Below, in pieces: positions 13,693-27,233 of a DNA stretch of 64,000 nt. The notes under the pieces were generated by a model, which was given only the letters and a program-made list of their open reading frames with translations, did not search any database and was not told the origin of the DNA. The stretch lies in assembly GCF_009914755.1 (NCBI RefSeq), contig NC_060926.1, one strand, 5' to 3'. The translations under genes and the position numbers were made by a program. Within the stretch, counting starts at the first letter, position 1. Each line of letters opens with the position of its first letter. The DNA comes from the human T2T-CHM13v2.0 reference genome, Homo sapiens.

Positions 13693-14549
13693 ACCTTTAA
13701 CGATTGTATAGAATGTATGTGTATTAAGTACCAGAGTATAGTGCAATGTAAAATCTTTCAGGAAGCTGAACGTTCTTCTCTTGATGCCCATCTCATCCTA
13801 GAGCATGATTTTATTTGCTTGTTATATTCACAAATGTCCATTTTGTATTTGTAAATTATTGTCTATTACGATAAAGCCTCCCTGGAAAAATAGGTTAAAA
13901 AAGATACAACTTCTCAAACTGTGGACCACAAGGCCCAAGAATGAGAATTGGCATGTTGGGCTCAAACACTGAATTTCAATGTGACAGGCTGGGATTTTCT
14001 TTTACTTCGTTTGTTTTCATGAAGAAGGGAAATAAAGAATATTTACCCAGTATGCAGCATGTGTGAAAAGTCTGTTTCTGTTACAAAGCAGAATAATTTA
14101 AAAGTGCATGCTCTTTTCTGTGAAGTCCAGCCTATATATAAATCAATAGAGCAGAAATGTAGGAAGAGACGTAAATTATATTTTGTCAAAAGGTCAACCT
14201 CTATTGGTCTGACCAGGAATATTATATCAGCATCTATGAACGCCATTGTTTTGGGGCTTGGTTTTGCTCAGATATTGATGAAATTCAATAATATATTGTT
14301 TTTATCTATCCCAAAGATAAATTCTATATTGGCCCTTCATTGACACGTTAAATACAGATAAAAATTTCACCCAGAAGTCATTGTGCCAATCAACCATATC
14401 TGCAGCTCCATCCTATGTTCTCTTCAGGTTTGATCTAGCCAGGATCTATGGATATCAATCAATGCTTCCTGTGTTGATAGTATAGACCACAGCTCTATGA
14501 TACTGAGTGTTCTTTCTAATCATTATTTTATTAAGAATAATGAATGTGT

Positions 14550-14965
14550 ATAAGGTAATCAAATAAAACGACTGATTTTTTTCTTTATTCTAAAAGGTAT
14601 CAGAATTCATACATCCACATCAAAGATTCCCTTTCAGAGTAGGGAATAAATAATATTATCCATCCACAAAATGTTTTAGAAGCCTCTTTTGGAAATGGAT
14701 TTAGAACTACTTCTAAACCACACATGGAGCTTATCTTAATATTGAATAGTCACACTATTTAGATCCAAATTTTTTTATTCACCTTGTACTACCTCTGAAA
14801 TCACAAAGAATGACTGCCAATGTGGTTACTCCAGTGGAACTCTGAGGGCAATTCCAGAATCCAGAGCTCCTCTCCTCCAAATGCTGAGAGCAACTTGTCA
14901 TAAGCACATGGCTAGGAAGCTAAAGTTTGGAAATGAACAGTGTTCATCTGGAAACAGTATTTCTC
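14550..14965. mobile_element. MARNA-like (mariner-derived) DNA transposon relic
   Basis: CCTCTTTTGGAAATGGATTTAGAAC and CTCTGAGGGCAATTCCAG..CTCCAAATGCTGAGAGCAA resemble the recalled MARNA consensus. Confidence 0.5.
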
Positions 14966-15494
14966 TTAACCCCCATTTACAAAAAAATAAAAATAAAAAT
15001 GAAGAGCCCAGATCGGCTTTAAAGGCGAGTTAGCTCCAGACTAGCTAGAATGATGCCCAAATAAAGCATAGAAATAAGACATTTTTATAAAATAAAAACT
15101 GCAACCAGAATTGAAAATGAGAAGGGCAGTGGTTCACTATTTATTTTCGAATTCTTTTTATCTCTGTACGAGGTGCCTGGAAGGCACACACTAAATATAT
15201 AGAAAATTAGTGAGAAAACAGGGGCAGGGAAATGAGTTTCCATTACTCAATGTTCAAGGCAAGTTCAATTTATGTTGTTAAATGAATGAATGAATAAATG
15301 AATGATATTTTTATTTTTCAAATACATTGAATGCATTAAAAGTTCCACTTCCAGAATGAGAGACCAATGAATTGAGCCAGTTTTGCTTTTATCAGTCAAA
15401 AAGAAGCAAGAATACAAAGGGTTATGGAAACCAGAGGGACACTGACTGAGGTATGGGGACTGTAAGTGCCCTTTGTAGGCCCCCAGGGCATCCT

Positions 15495-15670
15495 TACAAT
15501 AGAACGAACATGAGTTCTGGTTCCAGCAGACCTGGGTCTTGCCTCAGTTCTGCCACTCACTGACTGTGAAGTCCTTTAACTTCTATAGGCTTTAGTTCCT
15601 CACCTGTAGTATAGATAAAATGAAGCCTCTCCTGTAAGGCTGTTGAAAATATTTTAAAAGGTAATGTAAT
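15495..15670 (+). mobile_element. MIR
   Basis: CAGACCTGGGT..TTCTGCCACTCACTGACTGTG..TTAGTTCCTCACCTGTA. Confidence 0.75.
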
Positions 15671-16039
15671 GGCCAATAATGTATTACATGCTGGCACTGC
15701 CATGTAATACATGTCCCAACAGATTATTTCACCCAATAGGCAGGAGGAACGTGGGCCCTAAAACACAAACAGGGCATCAGACATGTCTGTTCTTGTCCTA
15801 TCAATGCTGAGAGTGAGAGGAAATGTGGTTTAAAATTAGAAAAAGACTACATAAGGTTATGAATAGAAAAAAAATAGATTTGTTCATTACAGCTCAGCAA
15901 ACTGTATGTCAGCCTTCATACCGTTATAGTCTTAAAAGATGCAATTAGGACAAATTAATGAAAGAAAACTTAGAAAAGTGTCCTTGAGGAATATTCATAT
16001 AATTCCCTCCTTCTCATTCTACACCTTTATGCTCAAGCA

Positions 16040-16240
16040 TCCCCCACCATGAAATCTTAAAAACCCTGTCTAAAACACTGTCCGTCTGCCTCCTGAATGT
16101 GCATTCATTTTCTTCATAGCTCCTATCCCTACCTGACCTTATTTTCTACTTTCGTTCATTTTCATTGCCTGTCTCCCACTCTAGAATATAAGCTTCTGAG
16201 GACAAATAGTAGTCACTCGACTATTTGTTGAATAAATGTT
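16040..16240 (+). mobile_element. L2 3' fragment
   Basis: GCCTGTCTCCCACTCTAGAATATAAGCTTCTGAGGAC..TATTTGTTGAATAAATG. Confidence 0.7.
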
Positions 16241-18139
16241 AATAAGCCAAAAAGTAAATTCCAAAGAATTATGAATGATTATTAAAGGAATATGGATGTT
16301 TTTGAAATATATCTCTAAGTTTCAAAGTGAAGCTGCATAAATTGGAAAGACCCATGGACTGAGAGAGAGGAAACTCAAATGAGCTCAAGTCTTAACACTA
16401 GCTTAACTGAATGCTTTGGAAAAACATTCCTTTCGAGCTTAATTTTATAACCCCAAAAATGAAGATATTTCACTAAATAATTCTTTAGGAGTCTTTTACT
16501 GCTGTCATTTTCTTATGTTGGAATTCCATGACTAGCAAAAGGAAGGGATGGCAGGGATGCAGAGACTGCAGACAGGAGCAAGTATGTTTGCCAAACAGGA
16601 GACTAAATTGAATCTCACAGCTGACTTTTTCCTGAGTAGCTCAGCATTTAGGCACTGCCTTCCATAGAGAGAAAATGCTTCTGGGTGTCAGGATCCCCAT
16701 ACAAGCCCAGTTGTAGTTTGAAATAGTGACACTGGCCATGTCATCTAATTACCTTCTATTCTTACTATTTCTTCTACATTTTCTGTAAGGCATAGCTTCT
16801 TACATATGCAAGCCAAAGCTCTGCCTGCAGAGATCATGCCATCTCTGCCTGTCCCAGCTAGCAACCAACAAATGGATATTAAATGTACAATCCACGTAAC
16901 CTAGACTTCAGTTTTCTCTGGTGTCTTATGTATTTTATGATCAGCATACTCATTAAGCACTCTCTAACAACTTTATTAGCTCTCTCTCACTTTCCAGAAG
17001 CTTCTCATTGCCTTTCCTTAGCAAATTTATTTTCCTGTCTGCGTCCAGGACTCTGCAATTTGATCCAAATGTGTTTCATTTGTTTCTAACTAAAATGCCA
17101 TGCATTTTCACATGACTTTTGCGACCTCTTAATATCAGCTCATTTCTTTCCTCCGTCACCTTCCTCTTTCAATATGCACCTTCTTCCACTTTAATTTCTC
17201 TCCCACGGAACTCACTGATTAGCTGTTGAGGCTTCAGGTTTCACTGGCTGTGTATAACTTGTTCATTCCACAGCCGCTTGGCATGGAATTACTCTCGATC
17301 AGAGCAGTTGTGCACTCAACGAGCCACAGACAGTGGAAGACTTCAGCAGGCAGTCAACAGCTCGTGCATGCTGTCAAATTACTGTGCTTGAACAAGTGCT
17401 GAGAGCCACATATTTCCTCAGGTGGTGTTATTCCAGTATGGATGTAACATGCCTTATGTATCCTATCCTTTTTATTTTTCCTGTTGGATATTTGAAGAGC
17501 TTATGGTAGAATTTCTTAGCACTACTTGTATGTAGTTTCTCTCAGTCAGTCTTCCTATAGTTGCTACTCTTTGTCTCTAAAAAATCAAGGGCTTTATAAG
17601 ATACACATAAAACAGAGCCTGGAGTCAGAAGATAGACAGATAAACAATAAGTGACTTGAGGAGTTTTCTAGCTCAGATACCTGGTTTCTCAGGTAAGGAA
17701 ACCAAGCACAGCAAGGAAGCAGAGGTGCAGCTATTTAGCCAAGGTACCTCTTAAATCAGTACCTAAATTATTCCCAGTAGTAGCTACATCAAGAATTCAA
17801 TCAAAGAGATGTTGGATAGTTGATCTGAGAGAACTCAGTAAGCTTTTGACAAAACAAGGGTTCAAGTTTATATGAAGCTGGCAGATTTGTAGACTACGAG
17901 TGCATCACAAGCAAAAGATTCCTGTGTGTGAAAGGAAAAAGAATGAAGATAGATATGCATTATTCATGCTGATGATTAAAAAGGAAGAGATTCCCATGGG
18001 GCCTGCTGTTAGCATCTCAACTGGACCTGGGTTGGGTTCAGGTTGGAACCAATCTGCCAGCAGTGCTGTTAATGGTCATTGCTGAGGTTTCTGAGAAACA
18101 CTTGGTTCAGAGAGTTCTCATCTTTGAGCTTAATTTCTT

Positions 18140-19320
18140 TCTTTTTCCAAAAAGTTTTTATTATATAAAATATGTAAATACACACATTTGCATATCTGTG
18201 TTGATTTTACACACTGGGAATATGGAATTCTTTTCTGCAGCTTGGCTTTTTTTTTACTCAGCAAATATACAGCAGCTATCTTGCCAGATCATGATGTATA
18301 TCTGGCTACCCTTTATTCTTCGTAATGGCCGCATAGTATTCCAGGGTTTAGATAACCATAATCAATACAGTCACTTTCTAAACAGTCTTTTCTAATAATA
18401 TAAATAGTGTATGCTCTTATTAACAAAAATAATTTGAATAAAGAAACAGAAGTGAAAGAATCTTCCTTTCTCTCAACCATGCTCATATCTCATACTGAGA
18501 TAACTATGCCAAGACACTGTTTTCAGTTCTTCTAATCTTCATGCTTATGACTTTAGATAAAATACTTATCTTAGCCATCTATTTGTATTTACCAATTTGA
18601 GAGTATTTAATTACCTTCTATTCTTATTATTTTGTGTATCCTTTCTGTAAGGCATAACTTCTCGCATATATAAGCCATATTCTGTTATCAAGAATTAGGA
18701 ATTTAGCCCAGGTAATCTTCCTTTGCTACCCTTCTCATGCTTAATGTACTCCTCGTTTCAGTGTTAGTATATTTATATTTTCAATGTTCATAATATTTAA
18801 AGTTTAATGTGACTATAATTTAATCTCATAATTTAGGATGTGGTGAAAACTCATTTAAAAAATCAACATTTTTATTACTATGACTTTGAAATTTTATGCC
18901 ATAACAATTTATTGAAGAAAATGTTTTTAAGTATCTTTATTCAAAATATATCAAAGTTTCTTTCTCATTTATTTTACTTCCTTTGGGACATACTCAACTG
19001 CCACTGCTCCTTGTATCTAATGTCACCCATTTCCCAGGATTAATTTTTCTTTCTTTTTTTCCTGAAGCATGCTCTAAAGTATACATTTTCATATAAAATG
19101 TCTAGGACAAAATTTTTTCATATTATTATATGCTGAACATCGTTTTTATACTTTGCTCTTAAGCTTGTTTGAGAACGTTCCTAGAAATAGAATTCTAGGT
19201 CCAAATGTTTTCTATTCGATTTTAAAGATATTAAAATATTGTATTCTTGTATTCAACCTGTTATCAGTCTGATTCTTAATGCATTGTAAATAACATGATC
19301 TTCTTTATTCTTTACTTTCT
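18140..19320 (-). mobile_element. Highly decayed L1ME-type fragments
   Basis: T-rich antisense L1-like text (CTAGAAATAGAATTCTAGGTCC..TTAAAGATATT); boundaries uncertain. Confidence 0.4.
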
Positions 19321-19512
19321 GAAATGATGAGTAGTCAAAATTTGTATACTTGTTTTGTCATAATTAGATTCCGGTTAAAGGACATATTCTGTTCTCTAAC
19401 AGCCTTTTATCTTTGATGGCCTGTGCCTGAAGTAATTTTCACATTAGAGAGATTACAAAGTAGCAATTTTCTAAATTGTTCATTCCTTCCATTAAAAGAA
19501 GCTATTTTTTCT

Positions 19513-19544
<32 letters not shown>
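19513..19544 (+). repeat. Compound (CT)n(CA)n microsatellite
   Basis: Directly visible. Confidence 0.95.
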
Positions 19545-19545
<1 letters not shown>

Positions 19546-19639
19546 GAGTACATATTGATATATAAGATATGCATATACATATACATGTATATCTTAACTA
19601 TCAACAAGTGCTCATAAAATTATTTCTATTCAATATGTT

Positions 19640-20430
19640 ACAATCTAATTTCTGATTCCAGTACTGGGGAAGTAACTTTTTTTGGACTAACCCTTTTACA
19701 GATAACAACTAAGAACAGTGGGAGAAATATGATAATAACTATTTGGAATCTCTGCACGCAGAAATTACAGATCGGATCCTTGATAGCTAAGAACCACAAT
19801 GAATGAGACCCAAGTTCATTCAGCTTTTCCCCAGAGGGCATCCCTAGAAACAGGGCATTGAAAACCTAGAATTCAAGAAAAGAGCCCCAGTGTTGTTGGT
19901 CTGAAGAATCCAAGAAAATATTTGAGATGACCAGAGTTGCACAAAATTGAGCGGAAAATCCTAAAAATGAGGAAATCTCAAAGACCCCAAAGTCTCCATA
20001 TAAACTCCCCTCAAATCTTTGGCCATATTTTAAAGAAACCAGGGACACCAAAGAGAAAATGAGTGAACGTCTGAGACAGCTGAGTAGAGGTTTCAACAGA
20101 TGGACATACAATTTGGAGTTTAAGTCTTATCAAATTAGAGGGGCTTGGCAAATACTTTGAGTTTTTCATTGAAACTTTTTAAGGTCCATATCTTAGAATT
20201 AAAGATTACATAAAAGGAAGTACACTGAGAGGTATTTAGGTAAATGTTTCAAAAACTGTTTTTATGTTCTTAATTCTTTAAAAACAAATTGACTCATTAA
20301 AGCAAAAATAATAACAACATATTGTGGAGTTATAACATGTAGAAGTAAACTTTATGATAATAACAGCACAAAAGATAAGAGAAGATGCAAACAGAGTTAT
20401 TTGGTTGCAAATGAGCCTTAATTATAAATG
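19640..20430 (+). mobile_element. L1ME-type 5' region fragment
   Basis: GGACTAACCCTTTTACAGATAACAACTA..; later TTAAAGCAAAAATAATAACAAC..TATAACATGTAGAAGTAAA (inter-ORF-like). Confidence 0.55.
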
Positions 20431-20479
20431 GCATAATACTTTTTACTATTTTTAAAAATATTTGTCCATTGCAATTCAA

Positions 20480-22715
20480 AATTAAAATCGATTTGGTATG
20501 TAGTTTTATTTTTTCTGTTACTTCATTAGGTTTTAATATCAATGTTGTACTTTCTTTGTGTGAATACTTTTTTATACTCTGGAAATATCTATTTAGCATT
20601 GAGATTACCTGGTCTGAAATTTTGGTAAAATTTGCCTATGAAACTATCTGGGCTTGAAGCAATTTTGGAGGGTAGATTTTATTGTTGCTGTTGTTTGCTT
20701 TTTCTTTTTGTTTTCATGGAAATTTGTATATTTAAGGCTTTAATCTATACTGGGGTCAATTTTTGAAAATTGTATATATGTAGCAAAATCTTATTTTCAT
20801 CTAGGTTTACAAATTTATTTATATTACACATAATTTTAATTTCCTCTTTTCCTTCTTACTTTGTATTCGGTTTATATGTGCATTTTCCTTTTATTCAGCA
20901 TGACATTAGTTTTTGGGTTATCTATTTTTTTTAAATTTTTTTTCCAAAGAACCAATATTTTGATTAGTTCTTCTGTTATTTTTATTATTTCTTATTGTGC
21001 ATTAGCTTATTTTCTTTTACAAGCTTTTGAATTGAATATAGTTTTTTATTCATTATATGAGTGAAATTTATTATTAATATAAGTATAAAAAGATATGAAA
21101 TTTTATCTGATAATTGATTCAATTGCATCCTATAAATATTAACATGTTATGCTTTTATTTTCATGTTTTTAATTGAAGATATGTTCTGTATTTTCTCTAT
21201 TACCCAAGACTGCTTTGATAGAGGGGTAGTTTTGTCTTGTGATTTATTTTGTTATTTTTTTCAGTTTGTTTTATGTCTAGTATATTATGTTTTAAAAATA
21301 TTTTATGTGTACTTAAAAAGAAGAGGTGTTTTCTATCAAAGAGTGTACATTTGGTGTATGTCCATAGGTATTCTGGTAAACTGGCCCCTAGGAAAAAAGA
21401 GAAGAAAAGCCCTAATTATAGCATTTTGTCAATTTCTATTGGGCAAATACTGCCACTATGGCCAGTTTCAAATGACTACCATGTGCTGTCAACTGAATAT
21501 GGAATTGGGAAAAGATGTGTAGAATCAGCTTTCACCAGCCATACTGTATGGGCCAGTTCCAACACAGCAGACATAACTCATTGACCTTGTATTTAGGCTT
21601 TCAATAGGCTTACTTATTTTTTATTTTACCTGATCTGTCTTGAACTTGGAATTATTTCTTAAAATTTCCTATTATTATTTTTATTTGTTTTGGTCGATTT
21701 CTGCTTATGTAGCTCCCATAGTTTCTGCTTTATGAAGGCGAATACCATATTAAATGATGCATGGTATTCATAGCTGTTCTAGCATTATTTTGAATTGTTA
21801 TCTTAAGCAGTATAAATATGCTCTCCTTTATCTCTTATACTACTTTTGGGTCTGAATTTTATATTGTCTGATATCAGGATTGCAATCCCTATTTCTTTAA
21901 TTGTTTCCATGTACATGATACACATTTAGCCATGCCTTTATTTTCTCACATTTCTGAATCACTTTGTTTTAGGCATGTCTTTTGTTTATAGCATAGAGCT
22001 GAAGTTTTTGTTGTTGCTGTTTCTTTTTTCATTCATTTTTTTGCTAAGCCAATTTGAAAACTGTTTCCTTTAAGTAGTTATAGCATTTATATTTATATTA
22101 TTATATGACTAAAATATTTGGTCTCAAGCTAGATGATCTTAAGTTATATCTACGGCGGGTATTAGGTTATATTAACTACTTTTTTATATGCTCTGTTGGT
22201 TATTTTTAAAATCTTTTTTACTTATTTCGATATTTAGGATGATTTGAATTTTTTTTTGTATTGGTTACTTTTATATATTGCCTTTCATGGTACCCTCAGT
22301 CCTTTTGATGAGGAAAACCTAAGTTTTCACTTCTTGGTTTATCAGCTTTAAGTAATATCCTTTCACTTCTGCTTATAATTATGATTCAATGTAGCAATCA
22401 CTAAGAGATGATCCTATTTGCCCTTTTCTTCCTTCCATTCTGATTTTTAAATTGAATTATTTCTATTTTATTTTATGAATACATGACATTTACTTCCTCT
22501 TCTTCCACTCATGTATCCACTTTTGAATTAACCTTACATGTATATTAAATATATCTAATGCTCATTAGCATTCCTTTTGATGAAGTTGTCCTAGTTATCT
22601 CTTGGTTTGATGAAGTTTGATCTGTAGTATATTCTTCAAAAATAACTCTGGAGTGAAGTATTTCCTGAGTTCCTCCAGGTTAAGACTGTTTTTCTATAGC
22701 ATTGATTCTTGAGCG
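20480..22715 (-). mobile_element. Ancient L1ME ORF2/ORF1 fragment, antisense
   Basis: GGTAAAATTTGCCTATGAAACTATCTGGGC; TTGTCTGATATCAGGATTGCAATCCCT. Confidence 0.7.
21362..21572. mobile_element. MER63A-like hAT-Blackjack MITE
   Basis: AAAGCCCTAATTATAGCATTTTGTC..GGCCAGTTTCAA..GAATTGGGAAAAGATG..TTCCAACACAGCAG. Confidence 0.7.
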
Positions 22716-23614
22716 ACAGAGAATTCCCTCTGGAGCGGAGTCCCTGTGGTTTTTGGGGACTTGTGCTTCCTTAGAACCTCACATGGCGCCCGACACAAAG
22801 TAGGCAATGAACAAATATGAGTTAAATTAAAGAATAATGTTGTCTATAAGTTTAATCAAGGGTAAGATCCACTCTGCAATGTATGTTGTCATCCATATAA
22901 AGGAACCTGGAAAATATAAGGCTGTACATGACATTTTTAGTTTTATCATATTGTGATTAGAGCATGTGTCCTCAGCCACCCAGGCAATTAAACAACTGTG
23001 TAATTGTCACTTAAAATCATAATGCAACAGTTATACTTTGTCCTTGAAAAGGGTCTAAATAAGTATGTGTCCTTGATCAATTCATAGTATACCTTCTACC
23101 TAAAAGGATTTTTCTCTACTGTGTATTCCCTCCTTTAAAGTAAAGATAAAACAGCACTGAATATATCCACAGGAGAGAAGATTTTCACCCCATGACAATT
23201 GGATCTTCATTTCTCACCAGTCAAGGACTAAGATCTGTGCTCAGCTTCCAGCTACACTGCTTTGGAGACTATTTTCAAGGGAACATGTATTGTTCAAAAA
23301 GAACAAAAAAAATTTGAGAGCAAGTGCTGTAGAATAAAGACAGTGGGTCAGAAGGGTATCCAGGATGGAGAGACCACAGCACATAAGGATCTGACTTTTC
23401 AATTAATTGCAAATTGAAGAGAAATCTACAGCAATGTAACAATAAAAGAAACAAATACCTAGCTTACTCAGGTGACTGGCTAGTGGAAGAGGCACAAAAA
23501 TTAGAGGAGGGTAGTTCTAGCAGGAGACATTCAGTAAATTACAGCCTCCAACTTGACTGATTGAGGAAATAAAGCCCCTTGCACACAATCTCCTCTGTGA
23601 AAGGCAAAAGGGAG

Positions 23615-23835
23615 AGAACATAATATTTATTAAGCATCAGTGGTATACCAGGCACTGTATTGGAACATTCATACACATTTTATTTCTCAATGCTCATGAC
23701 AACCTTATGAAGTAGGTGGTATTATTAGTCCCTTTTTTAAAATAAAGAAGCCAAAGTACCCAAACATTAATTTACTTTCTCAAAGTCACAGACCTAACAA
23801 TTGTTGGCAAAGCTGAGACTTAAATTCAGCTCTGA
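23615..23835 (-). mobile_element. MIR
   Basis: ATTTATTAAGCATC..AAACCTTATGAAGTAGGTGGTATTATTAGTCCC..CAAAGTCACAG. Confidence 0.8.
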
Positions 23836-24235
23836 AAAAAAGCCCTTACTTTTGACTGGCTTACATATCCACATTTTTACTTTTTTTTCTTACTCCTTCA
23901 CTGCTTCTTAATTTCAGAAAGACCAGGAAGACCAATAAAATTAGGCAGTGAAAGATGAGGATGAAGACTGTTAACATAGATATTCATGGGCTAGAGAAGC
24001 TCTGCATTGCTTTAGAGGAAGGAGACTGGACCACCTCCTTCTGTGTCACCACATGACCATCATACCAAAGCCAGAGCGGAGTTTTCTTTAGGTGCAGGAT
24101 TGATAGTGGTCTCTTTTCTATAGTGAGTCAGCACATTTTAAATTATGGAATTGTAGAGATTTTTATGTCTCCATATTTTTCAACATTTTAGCAGCAAGAC
24201 ACTTTGTTCAAGGTAAAGATTACAAGGAAAAATAT

Positions 24236-24470
24236 TCAGTATAGCATAGGACTTGGGACCAGAGGCCCTGGAGCCATATCCAACTCTACCACTTACTAGC
24301 TAGGTTACCTTGAGCAAGTTACTTAACCTACCTCTGCCCTGCTTTCCTTGCCTGCAAATTGCGGAAAATCATACTACGTAGTTACAGAGTTGTGAAGATT
24401 AAATTAAACTAAATCAGTTAATACCTATAAAGTAGGCAAGGCAGAGCTTGATGCGTACTAAGGCATTCAT
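24236..24470 (+). mobile_element. MIR
   Basis: CAGTATAGCATAG..CTCTACCACTTACTAGCTAGGTTACCTTGAGCAAGTTACTTAACCT. Confidence 0.85.
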
Positions 24471-24707
24471 TGGTTGAAGGAAAGTTGGCTATGCTTGGAA
24501 TCCTGAATGATGGCAATTCCTTCACAGAATCCTTGAAGACTCCACAAAGCACAATCATAAAGCATTGTTTTCAACTCTCTCACTTCCAGCTGAAGTAACT
24601 GGAGTTAAAGAGATAAAAGTTACTTAGCCGTGGCCACATAGCTAATTATTAACGAGCTACAATATGAACCCAGATCAGCTTACTTCATATAAAGAGTTCC
24701 GTATACA

Positions 24708-25029
24708 TTTTTTTTTGAGACAGGGTCTCACTCTGTCACCCAGACTGGACTGCAGTGGCAAAAAACAAACAAACAAGCAAAAAAAAAAACAGTTCACTGC
24801 AACCCCAACACCTCCTTTGCTCAAGTGATCCTCCTGCCTCAGCCTCTCATGTAGCTAGGACCACAGGCACATGCCATCTTGCTTGGCTAATTTTTTTTTT
24901 TTTTATTTTTGGTAGAGACAGATCTCACTTTATTTTCCAGGCTAGTCTCAAACTCCTGAGCTCAAGCAATCCTCCTGCCTTGGCCTCCCAAAGTGCCGGG
25001 ATTGCAGGTGTGTGCCACTGCACCCAGCC
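24708..25029 (-). mobile_element. AluJ with an internal A-rich insertion
   Basis: GAGACAGGGTCTCACTCTG..CTCAAGCAATCCTCCTGCCTTGGCCTCCCAAAG..CACCCAGCC. Confidence 0.95.
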
Positions 25030-25859
25030 CACATTTTATTAATCTGTATACTATTATTTTGTCTTCCAGAATACATTTTCTAAATAAACATGGTATGTGT
25101 ATATTATATATATATGTGTGGATATATATGCATTTTGTATATACATATGCCATATGGAGAAGGCTTATACTATTTTATTAATTCCACACGTTAAAATAAA
25201 TAAATTCAATTTATAAAAATAGAATTCCAATAAATACGTGGCTGGTAAGCCAGGAAAACCTAATAAATTATTGCCGTAAATATGCTGTAAACATAACTTG
25301 ACCCCTCATTCCTGCCAGGGTATTTAACTCTGGCACCTGAATCAGTTTCCTTAAATGGTCAGACATAACACAGAAACAGAATAATAAACGCTTTATCCAT
25401 CTTCACGCATCTAAACAAGAGAAGAGCTTTCTAATACATTTAGTAAAGTTCAGGGGCACTAGGACCAGGCAGTTTTACAGGTGAAGTTCATCGGGCTATA
25501 AAATAATAAAATAATCTCTCCTGGATTAAAAACCATTGCAGAAACTATAAAAATATAAGATGTATTAAAAATGAGATGAAAGTAAAGAAAATGTGTTAAC
25601 TAATTTCAATATTATTATATTATTATACTTATTAATACTTATTACTTATAATCTTATAAATATTATTTATAATCTTAAATTTTATTATATAATCAAGTAA
25701 TCTTTGATGTCTTTTAAAAATGTTTAGTATTTTTCTCAAAGATGTCCTGCACAAATTTGTAGTATTTTTTCTGAGAAACTGTGTATTTTTGTTGCAATGT
25801 TTAATGAGACTGTTAAAAATGAAAATTATAAAATAAAGTACTATTACATATAATTCACC

Positions 25860-26520
25860 TCAGAAAAAGTAAAATTCATGTTCCAACATCAGAAAATCTA
25901 TTGGCATCATATTAAAAGAGTAAAAAGGAAAAATCATATCTTCTCAATGGACACAGGAAAAAGTATTCAATAAAATGCAACAGTCATTTATAATAAAATT
26001 CTAAGTAAACTAAGAATGGCAAAGAAGTTTTTTCACCTAATAAAGGACATCAAAAGGCTTTACTTGATATTTGTATAACAGCGAAACTTCAAAACGTTCC
26101 CATTAAGATTAGGAAATAAAGATGCCCCCTACTCTTTCTATTCTGTATTCCATTTTAGAATCAATATTACACCAATTATTCTAGCCAATGCCATAAGTCA
26201 AAAGAAAGGAAAATAAAGATGTCCAAATTTAAAAATTAGGACAAAAATATCAATTTGTATAACTTTATGATTATTACTATAACAAATTCAAGAGAATATA
26301 CAAACTGTTGACATTAATATTTAGCAAGATTGCTACAAACCATTAATATCCTTATATATTAATACTAATAAAATATAACCAATTACATGTAATTCATAAT
26401 AACCAAGTATCAAAAACATAACATTAAACAAAAACCTTAAGTTATAGAGTAACACATGTAATAATCTACAATTTTAAAAAGGTTTATATTATTTGGGGGC
26501 ATATAGATAAGTAGATTAAA
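25860..26520 (+). mobile_element. Ancient L1 ORF2 (RT region) fragment
   Basis: ATCTTCTCAATGGACACAGGAAAAAGTATTCAATAAAAT; TTCCCATTAAGATTAGGAAA. Confidence 0.65.
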
Positions 26521-26530
26521 GTATAAAAGC

Positions 26531-26836
26531 GGCTGGGTGCAGTGGCTCACACCTGTAATCCCAGCACTTTGGGAGGCCGGGGCAAGTGGATCACCCGAGT
26601 TTGAGACCAGCCTGGCCAACATGATAAAACCCTGCCTCTACTAAAAATACAAAAAATTAGCCAGACATGATGGCGGGTGCCTGTAATCCCAGCTACTCTG
26701 GAGGCTGAGGCAGGAGAATCACTTGAAACTGGGAGGCAGATGCTTCAGTGAGCCAAGATTGCACCACTGCACTCCAGCCTGGGCAACAAAAGTAAAACTC
26801 CATCTCAAAAAAAAAAAAAAAAAAACCAAAAAAAAC
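26531..26836 (+). mobile_element. AluS (Sq/Sx-like)
   Basis: Dimeric Alu with a small left-arm deletion; TSD AAAGT(A/G)TAAAAGC at 26518-26530 and 26837-26849. Confidence 0.95.
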
Positions 26837-27233
26837 AAAGTGTAAAAGCATGCATGAATACTATAACCAAAAAATGTCCAAGGATCATCTGTAGGAAAGG
26901 AGAATGGGAAGGAAATGGGTGCAGAGAGAAATACAGGAGAAAACTTTTAGTAAAACGTTCTTTAAAAAGATTTGATAAAGTTAAGCAGGGTAAAACCAAG
27001 TCAATATGTTTGTCTTTACACTTCTCATATATCCATAATATTTTAGATTCTTTTACTATTGAAGAAAAAAGTAAAGAAGTGCTATAAGGGAAAATGTATG
27101 TTAAAAATTTTAAATGGCATTAGCCTTTCAACACGGGTGTACATACATATTACAAGTTCCTTCTGGAGTGGGGGATTCTTTGTCTTGCCCTCCTCAGGGG
27201 ATAACAATCTGCAGCTTTAGAAAATGGCATAAA

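Noticed and set aside
17800-18050. Possible CR1/L3 RT remnant (CAGTAAGCTTTTGACAAA resembling SKAFD)
   Set aside because: Too degenerate to support by eye; needs a Dfam HMM search
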